Below are positions 52,601 to 64,000 of a stretch of 64,000 bases of DNA, one piece after another. The notes under the pieces were generated by a model. That model was not told the DNA's origin, ran no database searches, and was given only the letters and a program-made list of their open reading frames with translations. Source of the DNA: Camelus dromedarius. Its lineage: Eukaryota. Position 1 is the stretch's first letter. Every line of letters begins with the position of its first letter. The stretch spans positions 70,496,001 through 70,560,000 of the forward strand of contig NC_087437.1 of assembly GCF_036321535.1 (NCBI RefSeq), written 5' to 3'. Position numbers and translations under genes: made by a program.

Positions 52601-53679
52601 GGATCTGAGTTCTACTTATAGAAGTCTCATTATACCTCTCTTTTCAATTAAATTCTAATCAATTTTACGAACATTTAGTAAGTACTTGCTATGTACACAT
52701 GCTGTGATAGATGCTCTGAATAGTTCTGTGTATGATGCCTCACGGTGTATAACATATTTTCACATCCATTATCTCATTTGTGTGGTAGAGAAGTCCCTTT
52801 GTAATTATTACTTATTTGAATTGCCTAGAGTTTCAGATGATGCTGTGCTTTGAATTTGGGGTAGAGGTTTTGTTTGTTTCATTTTTGGTGAATCTAGAAA
52901 CCATTCTAGAAATACATTTAGCATACCTTGGACAAAAAATAAAGGCATATCATTGTATCATCATATTAAATTGATTTTGGTTGGAACCAGTGGCATTTCC
53001 TGAAATTTTCTGTTTGTTTTATGACATTAGACTCAGTCTAAAGTGCATTTTTAATGACCTAATTGAAAAAAGGTTATCAACATGTTCAGAAAAATAATTT
53101 TATTTACTGCATTTAAGGTAACATTGATGTGTTATTTTTTGTATATATTTTTAAGGTCAAAAATTTGGTTTACCCAGAAACTATTCATATTTAGGATTAT
53201 GTCAAATTCTACTGCTCTATCATGAAATCTCTGTTAAGTGCTATACAACTTCTGGAGAGTAAGTCTGAAAGCTCTTATTCTCCATTTAGCAAGTGCAATA
53301 TTCTCTAATATAGTTGCATCTAATGCAGAATGAAATGTTCTATATTAACATTAGATTACAAAACCTTATTTCTACATATTTCTGAGATTTTTTTAAGTCT
53401 TCCTATTAAAGTTTCTTTGTAAATATTTTTAAAACAACCTCATTTTTATTTTTATTTACTCATTTTATTTCCTTTATCCATAGTGTTCAAATGGAATTTA
53501 TCCTTTAGCATTTTTAACATTTTTGAAGAATGTAAATGAAAATCATCTTCACTTTAAGCACCGAACACATCACTTTTTTTCACAAAGCTGAAACTCAAAA
53601 ACTGATAGGATCTTCTTCATTTGCTTTATTTCTAACATCAGATTTGCAAAAAGGCACTCTCCAGGTAACTCCTCAGCTA

Positions 53680-54460
53680 TGTTACCCTGGGTGTTTGGCC
53701 AGGGGGCAGTCATGTTGACCCCATCTGTAAAGGCTGGCTAAACTAGAATCTTGGACTATTAGAGTCCCATTCATCAAGGTCCACATAAAGTAAGGTAGGT
53801 GGGAAGCAGGAGGACAGATGGTAGGGTCTGCAGCAAGGAACTTGTTTGTTGACATTGATGTAGACCCTTCTTCTTGCCAGAGTGACTCCATGGACTTGTT
53901 TTGGCATGGAAGACTAGGCCAAAGCTATCATCCTAATAGAAGGTGAGCTGCAGGCAAACTGGAGAGATCCATGCACAGTAGGTGTTTAGGGTTGGCTTGG
54001 ATTTTGTCTATCAGCTTGACTGTCATATGTACATGATTGATGTGCAGTGGGGCTTGAAAGTGCTGCATTGATGTTGAGGACTGTGTCATAAGGTTCCTGA
54101 TATGGTGCACATGTCTGAATGGAGTTGGACATTGACTATCCTTGTCTATGCCAAGCAACACCAGACTTGAGTGCATTATTCTGCAGTTGAGTAGCAGATG
54201 GTGAGTGCAGACGTTTGGAGGGGGTGTGCCTTCAAACACAATATGGAGCCAGAAAACTTACTTAGAAGGTTATTGCATGTCTTGACTTTGGCAGCTATTT
54301 TTCAAGCACTGATGAAAAATCCAAGTCCCATTCATTGTTACTCTCAGAATACTCAGCTTGGTTAGTGTTCCAGGCAAAAGAAATGTGAAAACCAAATGTG
54401 CTATTCACTATGTTGGTCACAGTTGATTGAAGGTGACTTCTTTGGGGTTGGCTGATTGGG
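53680..54460 (-). mobile_element. Ancient RTE-X clade LINE (L4-type) ORF fossil, end of RT through C-terminus
   Basis: Minus-strand translation, with frameshifts and stops, gives in order LRVTMNGTWIFHQCLK, AAKVKTCNNLLSKFSGS, LQTSALTICYSTAE*CTQVW, IVNVQLHSDMCTISGTL, KIQANPKHLLCMDL and WQEEG..TNKFLAADPTICPPASHLPYFMWTLMN..LYRWG. These match RTE-X motifs as I recall them (YLGVTLDRTL, AAKVKTRNNLLSKLAG, LRTSALALCYSTAEYCAPVW, DPT..PGF.LPR..W..LNR). Confidence 0.85.
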
Positions 54461-54829
54461 TCAAATAAATGTTCTCAGACTCAATATTACTGAACTTGGT
54501 AACAAAACACGTATTAACAAAATAGGTAAACTTTATTTAGAAGTTGTTAGAGGAAGGACCATCAGAGCACTTGAAGAAAACTGTGGTCAAATATGGGACT
54601 TAAAATTGACTTTACATTCTTTGGTTCTTAATTTGTGGAAAGTATTATGTTCTTCAAAAATGAAAATAAAAGCAAGTATCTCAATAGATGTTCTTTATAC
54701 ACAAAATTATACAGATTTACAGATGAATAAGCACAGTGATTCCATATGTATAGGAAAACTGATTTTTATTGGTGTTTGATTTTTTTTTCTCTTGAGTGGA
54801 TTCTGAGCACATATAAATTCTTTTCAGAT

Positions 54830-56980
54830 TTAAAATAACTTCTTTTTCAGGTTAAAAGTAAAGTATGCTTATTGAACATAATTGTGAAAATATAAATATA
54901 TTTTTGTATATAGCAAATAAAATTTAAATCAGGGATAAACAATTCTAAATTTCTTCTCTGCTTCTTTCTCATTTTATGTACATTTCTAAGTGTATGTATG
55001 GTATATATATGTTTCTATGTGTATTTTTTTAAACATTTTTTATTGATTTATAATCATTTTACAATGTGTCAAATTCCAGTGTTCAGCACAATTTTTCAGT
55101 CATTCATGGACCTATACACACTCATTGTCACATTTCTATGTGTATTTTTAAATAAAAATTTGGGTCATATAATCTATAGCTTTCTTCAAACAGCATTTAC
55201 TATATTATTAGTTCTTAGAGTCATAAAATACTCATTTTTAATGGCTGCTTAGTATTGTACCTTATTCATGTACCCCAGTTTTCTTAATCCTCCATATTTG
55301 ACATTTAGGCTATTTTTCAGCAGTATGCCTGCTGCTCTGAGGACTATTCTTATATTTAAATTTTATCTGCATCTTGGATTATGTTTTCAGCATAATTTCA
55401 GTCTTAGAAGTTAATTTCTGGATTAGAGGATGTGAACTTCTCAAGATTCTTTTGAAAAACCCTCCCTAAATATATGTGAGAGTACTTTTCTATCTATATT
55501 CTTACCTGCTTTGAATAGTATCATTTTATAAATCTTTGCCAATTTGACAGGCAAAAATGGCTTATTTTGTTTTAATTTGCATTGAATTGATTAATATGGA
55601 GCTGGAACATTTCACACATACTTATTTGACATTGGTTTCTTCTTTTTATAAATTGTTTACTCATGTCTTTTACTCATATTTTCCTGATGATTTGTAAGAT
55701 TTTTTAAATGTTAAGTCATTAATTATGTCAGACGTGTTGCAGAAATGTTTCTCTCAGTTTCATGTGCCATAAAGTTGTTTCTGCTGTTGTTGATGCAAGA
55801 AAATTTTAAATATTTATATGGTCAATTCTATTGTATTTTTTTCATTATGACTGTGGCCTTTGCTTTTATCTTTTTTTTTTAGAAGTTTTACATTTGATAA
55901 ATATTCACCATTTTTCTAGTGTCATCGTGGTTTTATTTTGTATTTTAACTCTCTATTCCTTCCAGAAATTATTTTAACCTTAAGTATGAGATAAGTGTCT
56001 TACTTAATTTTGTTCCCAATAGTTAATCAACTGCCCCAGCACCATTTCCTCACTAATTTTGGTGCCATCTTTACTGCTTACTAACTTTTTAAATCAACAC
56101 TAGGATCTATTTTTGATATACCTGTTTTTCTCATTTCCTTCAGTAGTTCCACACTGTTTTCATTAGAGCATCACAGTCACTTTACAGATCTAAGTCAAAC
56201 CCTTCCTTATTTTCCTTTTTCCAGAAACTTTGAATATTGTCACCTATTTATCTTTCAAGATTAATTTTCTTCATTGAATTCATAAAAATGATCTTCTGGA
56301 ATTTTATTAAACCTATAAAGTAGTATCTTAATCTTTGCTATATGCAGTCTTCACATTCAGAAGCATCAGATGTTTCTATTTATATAATGTTTCATACATA
56401 AATAAACTGTGTTTTTCTATTTTTGTAAGTCCCCAGATTCCTTATTTTATTCAAGTATAAGCACACTATATTCTTGTTATTATCCTTAATTGCTTACATT
56501 ACATTCCAGTTTTTAATTGTTCAGTAGAAAAGCCTTATCTTTTTTATATTTATTATCTAGCTATTTTACTCAACTTTCTTAATAATTTTAATAACTTTAT
56601 AAATTCTGTTGCATTTTCAAGGTCATTAAATTATCTGCAAACAGTGATGACTTTATCTTCTTTTTTTCCCTCTTGTTTCTCTGTAATATCCTATTTCATT
56701 GACTAGAATTTCCAAATCAGTTAAGTAATCCTGGTGATAGGAGGTATTCTTGTTCTTGATTATATGATAATAACTCTAGTTTATTCCATAGGTAAGGTGG
56801 ATATTAGTTGTTGATTTAAGACAGATAATCTTTGTTTTATTGGTAAGATGAATTAGAGTACTATTCTCTAACCTTTTCTTTGTTTGTTAGGATTGTGTTG
56901 AAGTATAGTATATGCCGTTTGGGGTAAATACTGTCAAACTCTGATTGATGGACATAGTCTTTTCTTGTGATTTTTTTTCA
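54830..56980 (-). mobile_element. Old L1ME-like element, ORF2/3' part
   Basis: T-rich reverse L1: ctttgccaatttgacaggcaaaaatggcttattttgttttaatttgcatt, ccccagcaccattt and ttatctgcaaacagtgatgactttatcttc. Confidence 0.8.
55024..55135 (-). mobile_element. Very short (~110 bp) young L1 3' end with a 17-bp TSD, same family as 25471-25790
   Basis: Reverse complement is nearly identical to 25674-25790. TSD tttctatgtgtattttt at 55012-55028 and 55133-55149; exact junctions are ambiguous because of the T-runs. Confidence 0.9.
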
Positions 56981-56984
56981 ATTC

Positions 56985-57080
56985 AGATCGATTCAAACAC
57001 ACATTTACTCAGCACTTACTACGTGCCAGAAATTGGTCACTAAGCATTAGAATTCAGATGTATAGCCCCCTCCCTTCAAA
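56985..57080 (-). mobile_element. L2 3' end
   Basis: attcaaacacacatttactcagcacttactacgtgccaga. Confidence 0.6.
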
Positions 57081-60000
57081 CCACTATAGGATTATTCAGA
57101 TCACGATAATTCAGCAAGGGATTGGTTTCCTGTTATTAAATTTCCCCTGTGTTACTGGAAGAACTTTATGTTTAAGACTTTATTAAGAATAATTTGAAGG
57201 CTACCCAATTATTTACCATGTCAAAATGTGAATTTTAAGAATTTCTAAAAGTAAAATTTTGATTTACAACTGGAATTACGAGTTTTTACATCTGAAGTCA
57301 TAGTGTTCAAATTCTAATCAAGCACAATTATCAAACTTGATGATATCTCAGAAAATTTGTACACCTCTATAATATAGATGGTTCACATTCTATACAATCA
57401 GGAAATTAGTATTTCTAATCATACTTTATTGTTTCTTATATACTATAAGAGAAATGATACGTGATATTGGGCCAAAACACTTTTATGATGCCATCTTTTT
57501 ATTTTCATTTCTTGGAAGTCTTCTGAATTATTTGTAGGATATAAGTATGCATTTACATTGATTTATTTTCAATCTAAGTGGGTTTTTTTTTGTATTAATT
57601 TTATTGCTTCAGTGTAGTTTAGTATAATTTATCCTGTTTTCCCCATCCAGTGTTATAATTTATTTTATGTTTTTATAAGCCTTTATTTTGTTCTTTTATA
57701 CAGTTTGCATCAATGAACATATGATATTTTTAAACTATACCTTTTTGGTCAGATTCTTTGTATTTCACACAGATCAAATAACAGTATTGATTGGGAATCA
57801 GTTTTCTACTCAGCATCATACTAATTATTATGAATTATAGTACAGGAAAACATAAATTACATACTTTCAACAAGCTTACTTTCTAGTTGGTAGATAAGAT
57901 ATAAATAAGGAAAAAATGTAAAAACACAAGATCCTAATGAAATATTATTTATAGTGGCTAATACAAATACGTTTATACCTTGTTCTGTATTTAAGCAAAT
58001 GTATTAGAATTCATAGCATACCTTTTGTATATTGACCTTATCCTGGCTTCTTCATGCGTTACCTATTGTTATTATATCTTTACCATTATTTTCTCACTTT
58101 CTGCTTGAAAATTATATTTACCTTTTCACAATTTTTTTTTCTTTTTGGAACAACACTGAATAGACAAATGTCACACACATTAATCTCTGAAATATTGCCA
58201 GTGATGATTTTTCTTACACAAATGTGAGCCTGCTCAGTTTAGAAATAGAAATAATGCAAGCTACTATAATTGTAGACTGAAGATCATTGCTTTCTGAATT
58301 TCTCATTTCATTAAAGGACTTGCTCTGATTTTTAGAATCATTCATAAAAGAATTAACATGCAAAGTAGCAGAAATCAAATACTAACCCGAAGCTAGCATC
58401 TCTACTAAAGGGGAATTCTAACAATAAATAAGCTTTCGTATATTAAAGAAGAGTAGTCCCACCATTTGGGCTTTGATGGGACTTTTATATCATAGGCCCA
58501 TGCATTTTAAACTTTAGCTTTTGATATATGTTCTAAGTTATAACCTTAAAATTTATCATATTTTTGAAAATTGATATCCCCCTAAATTTTTAATGCTTGC
58601 GTTGAATAATGTTTATCGTAGACCACAATACCTATCCCTGTGGAACTGTTATCCTATCTTAATTCAGAAGCAATACTATTGATTAAATAATACTTAACAG
58701 CTTCCAAACTTCAAGGCATTTTTCAGCCACTATTTCTTCCTGACCTCACTATGAGCTTCCTGTGTGGTATCATTCATCTCAGGTCTTACTAAAATGTAAA
58801 TAAATTACATCCAGTATACTTCCTCTATTTGTCCAGCTTATTACTATATCGAAACAGTCTTAATGAAACACATAGTGATGTGGTGTGTATTCCTATGCTA
58901 AACCAAAGTGGGGAGGAAGTTATATGAATATATAACAGAACCCACTTAATAATAGTTTTTGTTAAAGCATTTTATAAATTGGAGATAATCTGAGCCATGG
59001 GAGATGATGTAATTCTACGGGACAGAGTTCACCAAAGGAGGATAGCTCCTCAGAGAGAATCGGATTGGACTCTTGGGAGAGATGCACTGGGGCTTTGATG
59101 GTGCTTTACCTTATAAGCATAGCTGACTCTCCGTTTTCCATACTAATGCTGTAGTTTTGAGGTAACAATGGTAAAAATAAAAATAAAAAGCAAGAGCGTT
59201 ATCTAAAATAATTTTTCTTCAGCCTTTGTATATAATATTTGATTTTCAGCATCAAATTTGCCATTTTATTTTTGTTTTCCATGGGTTAATGAGGCTATTT
59301 CTGACCTCCATATTATGAAACATAAATGGTCTAACACAAAGCATGTAATGTCATGCTTTGTTATACATAGTAATCTTCATAGGGCATGAACAGATAAAAT
59401 CTAACTCATGCAATAATGAACAATAAGAATGAATAATAATCTATATCAGACCTATGGAATACAATCATACTTGGTTAGTTACTAAATTAATTTATAGAAA
59501 ATAATTACTGTTGTTTGAGTAAATATCAAATAGTGGAAATAGGAGGGAGCTTAGTGTTGTACAGGGGAAAAGTAGAAAGCCAAACATTAAAATTTGTCAC
59601 ATTTGGATGAAATATCAAAGTGCCAGTAGTCGTTGATTGACTCTGTATCATCAAACTTTTGGTGTTTGTAGCTTTTTCTTATACATTTCTGTATTTTACA
59701 TTTTTTTGCAATATGTATGTATTAATTTTATAGTCAGAAAAAAAAAGTTAATGTAAAATGTGTTAGACATAGCCCACTTGCAAGTAATTCATTGAGAGTT
59801 AACTGTATAAAATCTCCCAGGGAGTGTGGAAGCCATGAACTAAATTTAAGGGCAAAGTGTTCCATTATACAAATAATGCATTGTCTCAAAACTTACTGAA
59901 GTTTTTTTTTTTTTTTCAGTCATTTTTCTCATTGCTTGAAAATTCCAAACTGGAGGAGACAATAACAATATGAATAGCATTATGCTTTGCACCTGCTTCT

Positions 60001-60429
60001 CACTTCTACTTTGGAAACTTTAAGTGTGTTGAAAATATGATCTTATATAAGATGTGTAGTTTTCATCTACCAAGAAAGATAGTATTAGGAGCATCCTTTT
60101 CCTCCTCTGCTATTTCAAAGTCAATCTCCTTGAGGAAAGCTGTACTTATAACTAGCATTCTGTTTTTAAAGCATTGCTTAGTCCAAGTCATGAAAACTCA
60201 AACTCAAGTGGTAAGGTCATTACTAGAGGCTTACCCAAATATTTATGCAATATGTAACAGCTAAGGAGCCAGCTAAATATCAATGCAATCAATTTTATTT
60301 TGTTAGAAATAGTATAGAAACATGTTATAAAGGGCTCCTGTTACTTGTACGGAGGTTTAGAACAACTTAGGCAAAGGTTGCATCTTTGTGCAAATTATTA
60401 AAGAAAATCCTTTGTTTCAGCTGATGTAG

Positions 60430-60526
60430 CCTGGGCCAGAGAGCATGGCTTCTATAGTAGAGCAAACCACTGGACTGGATGCCCTTGCACAGGGCACAAC
60501 CTACACAATTAGTCATGGCTGCCCTA
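60430..60526 (-). mobile_element. MER91-like hAT-Tip100 MITE
   Basis: Reverse complement agggcagccatgactaattgtgtaggttgtgccctgtgcaagggc resembles the MER91 start (cagggccgcca...gttgtgcaggttgtgcactgcacaagggc). Confidence 0.65.
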
Positions 60527-61086
60527 TGTCATATGCTTTATTAATGATTTGAAAATAGCTGCTGTTGCTCCATAGGTTCCAAATTGTTCTAGTTTTGCAC
60601 AGAAGGCCAAGAATCACCTTCAAGTGAGTTAGCAAAAAGTTGCTTATCTAAGCTTTAATTTAGGCTTGAACTCTAATGATACAAATCTATTACTTTGCTT
60701 CAGATTTCTGATTTGAGTAGCATTGAGGTTAGAAGAAAATGAAATGAATTTGCCACAAAAGTATAAATGAGTTTATGAAGTCCAGTTCCTAGAAGATCTT
60801 GGTTGACATTTTGAAATTGCATCTAAAATTTTGGGATATCCTATAGTAAATTTAGACTACTTGATACATGAAAAGGTGGGTAAAAAGACAGAGAGACAGA
60901 CGAATATCTCTTTGTCACAAAAAGAAATATACTTTGAAAGGATACATTGATATATGATATAAATACATACTTTAATGCAAATGAGAGTAAATAAAATTTA
61001 AGTCAATTATGTAAGTGAAGTAAATGAAAACTAAAATGGGTAAACAAGGGAAAAACATGAGAATGGGGCAAGAATTAGACATTATA

Positions 61087-61109
61087 TGTGTGTGTGTGTG
61101 TGTGTGTGT
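61087..61109. repeat. (TG)n microsatellite
   Basis: Read directly. Confidence 0.9.
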
Positions 61110-63129
61110 ATAAAGCATCCTATATAGCATCTTATATACATTTACAAATTAGATTCTTAACATGTTTTGAAGAAATACATTGGTGATATCAAGACTAGAA
61201 AGAAATATTTTCCTATTATATTCTTCAGCATATAAAGGGATCACTGTATTTTATCATATGTATCATAATCAATATTTACTTTCATGAGAAACAAAGAGTA
61301 TTTTATAGGCCCACTTCTGTTGTGACCTTCAACATAGGTTGATAACGTTTCAGTAATGTGCAATTTGGTATACTCAGTCTCGTAAAATACAGACTAGGTA
61401 GATGACACTCCATTCCGGTATTATTCAAAGGAAGATTTCAGAATATATCTAGATGCTGAACTCCAACGAAAGGACTGAACATCCTTCAGATAATTTCCTA
61501 TATGTACTATTTCTCTAAGTTATGCTTTTGATTGTTATGTGGATGACTCTGAATTCTAGATTGTATTACTTGAAATAAACTTAGAATACAGCTATTCTTT
61601 GTTAAGTAATAGCAGAAATAGTAATCAAGTTAGGAGCGGGGTTGAAATTGTTTTATAGAAATTGCAAAGCCTAAAAAAAACACAGAGTTAAAAAATGTCT
61701 ATCCACTTTACCTGAAAGATTAGCTGGAGAAGTATCATTTCACAGGACCAAAAAATCTTTTTAAACATTTATTTTGATTCTGCTTTAATATACAGACAAA
61801 TGGGAGATGGAGGTTCCAAGTTTCTTCTTTGTCATAGCCTGGATATTGCCTAACTGATATACAAGGTGATGGAATTTCATCACATATTCCATTATCAGAC
61901 TTACTCACATCCTTAAACAATTTATATGGTGTTCACATGGTTTTTTTTTTATGGATCAGATTCCTTGTTTTCCAAACATAAATAGTAATGTTTACTGTTA
62001 CACATTCCTGGGTCAAAGGTGAATTATTATGACATTTTAATTGGATGAAGCTTGGTGAATACTTTGATTTCTTTAACACTTTGTAAATGTGAAGCATTAA
62101 TGTTGATCCAGAAATATCAATAAGGTATTCAAAGTTAATGCATCATACATTTTGAATTTCTACTGCGCAGCATTTGCTGATTTTCCCATTCCTTTAAGTT
62201 TCTTTGAAGAAAAAAAGTTTTGAAAATTCCTAGAAGCAGATATTACATGTTTACCTCATTTTATGTGATAGGAGTGATTTTGTAAATCTATTCATAATTT
62301 AAATGCTCTAGGAGAATCTATTCTCAAAGGAATTTTATTGTGGATCATCATGTAAAGCAAAAGTAATTTTTAAAGTGCATTTTACTCCCTATTTCTATAT
62401 GGGACCTTTCTGATTTACAAGAGTTATTTAAGCTCCCAGAGGAGTCATCCCCTTAGAATATTCCTAAGGAGATATAAACTGAGTGGGACAGGAAACTGTG
62501 AGAGAGTAATTTGGTAAATACTAACCTGATCCAAGTAATTATTTGGACCTCTTTAGTGAGATCTCTGAGCCACTGTTTTATATAAGATTAAGTCTAGATA
62601 ACGTGTTCTCCACAGTTGCTTGGAATGGATTTATTTCAGTTCAGTCAAGCTCTTAATTTCCTAGCAAATGATTATAAAGCATGTAATTCTAATTCTTCTC
62701 ATTGAATGATTCCTCTCAGCTCTTATAAAGTAAGGCAAAATTATTTATCTCCAGTGGGAGAAGTTTGGCACCCTCATCCTCCACCTACCTCCCAATTTTC
62801 ATGGCCCAACCTAACTAAGGATTTTCAGAATTGACAGACATTCTTAATCCCCCAAAACTTTTGGACTTTCTAGAGCTGTAGAGGGACAGGCAACTGAGGA
62901 TTTTCTATACACATGTACCCATTATAGAAACTCATTCCATAGCAGCTGGACCTCCTCACCTACCCCACACACACACACACACTCCTGCAGCTGTGCCACT
63001 GATTCTTGCATTACAAGGAAAAGAATTAGGCAATGGGCATTTGCTGAAGGAATACTGTAAGTTGTTTATGGTCACTATATAGAAGGATATTATGAATTAT
63101 ATTACCCAAATTGGATATTTTTGAGAGTA

Positions 63130-64000
63130 AAAGGAGCCACATTAACAATTATCATGAGACAACAGGCATAAATGAGATCTGATATTTTGAGACTACCTCC
63201 ACTCCTTACACCTCCCCAAGACTCCATCAGCACAATAGTTCTACCAGGGCAGGGAAAGCCATGAAAATCCACAACTGCGCTGCTGAAAGTGGCTGACTTG
63301 ATAGAGTAGAATGTGAAAAACCACACGTGCCTGACTGTTGTCAGAAGTAGTAGCATCCTCAGTGGTAAACAAAAAGGAAATGTAAATGTCATAGCTAGCC
63401 TTAAGGTGTGGTTTACATTGGGGCAGGCAATAGACTAGCATATTAGCCAGAAGTTTAACAAGGAGAACTGGATATGAAGATTGCTATATTGGGCCTTGAT
63501 AAACTAACACATACCCCTGGTGGTTTGGAAGTCTGCACACATATTTCAGGAAAGATCAGAGAAAGTCCAAGATATTCACATACTTCAGGCTGACCCTAAG
63601 GCCTTTTGCAATGAGGAGGTAAAGGAGACCCCAATGGAATGTGAGAGCCAAGGAAGACTTGTAAGCTGACTGAACTTTGAATGCATTACCTATCCCATAC
63701 ACATATTCATAAGCCAAGGGTGTTAGCTTAGAAACTGTCTCTAGTTTGGGCGAGAAAGAGCAGAAGTTGAATTTAGCAGATGAATACTTGAAAGCAGCTA
63801 TTGTAAATATGTTCAAATAATTAAAGGAAATCATGTTAAATAATTAAATAAAATATTACTATAATTACTCTTCAAATAAAAGAGTATTAATATAAAGATA
63901 GAAACTATTTTAAAAAGAAACAAAAACTCTGGAGCTGAAAAGTACAATAATTAAAATGAAAAATATTCTAGAGGGGCTCAATAGCAGATCTGAGACATTA
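63130..64000 (+). mobile_element. Old L1M 5' region and ORF1 start, running off the window end
   Basis: Translates KAAIVNMFK*LKE...LELKSTIIKMKNILEGLNSRSE, the L1 ORF1 coiled-coil region. The 5' boundary is approximate. Confidence 0.8.

Noticed and set aside
53682..54239. Track ORFs of 103 aa and 69 aa as a processed pseudogene of a cellular gene
   Set aside because: Better explained as RTE-X LINE ORF fragments.
59336..59361. Hairpin acaaagcatg-taatgt-catgctttgt as a pre-miRNA
   Set aside because: The 10-bp stem is too short and does not extend; no known mature miRNA recognised.
1..64000. CRISPR arrays, operons, tRNA/rRNA genes, CpG-island promoter or a named host gene
   Set aside because: The sequence is mammalian non-coding DNA. 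There is no repeat-spacer array, structured RNA gene or CpG island, and no exon matches a protein I recognise.

Overview
AT-rich mammalian genomic DNA from a deep intron or intergenic region. I recognise no protein-coding exon, RNA gene or CpG island, and I cannot name the host locus. The ORF track is chance ORFs plus transposon fragments. The window is a mosaic of old eutherian repeats (MIR, L2, CR1/L3, L1M/HAL1-like, MLT1 and MLT2 LTRs, hAT MITEs) and one well-preserved RTE-X (L4-type) LINE fossil at ~53.68-54.46 kb. Three 5'-truncated L1 insertions keep their target-site duplications. Two of them carry a 3'UTR I recall as the camelid L1 type; together with no visible Alu, Bov-tA/BovB, PRE-1 or Can-SINE, this suggests a camel or alpaca genome (inference). 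The repeat-poor stretches hold the most interesting signals: a 20-bp perfect CRE-centred palindrome inside a microexon-like unit (33.37 kb); a minus-strand terminal-exon-like unit with poly(A) signals and a second 20-bp palindrome (40.3-41.2 kb); a 57-nt minus-strand exon-like unit with a near-consensus branch point (28.1 kb); convergent CTCF-like motifs; and several motif clusters. None of these shows a new biological system from sequence alone; they are testable candidates. Repeat families were assigned by eye and old-repeat boundaries are approximate.
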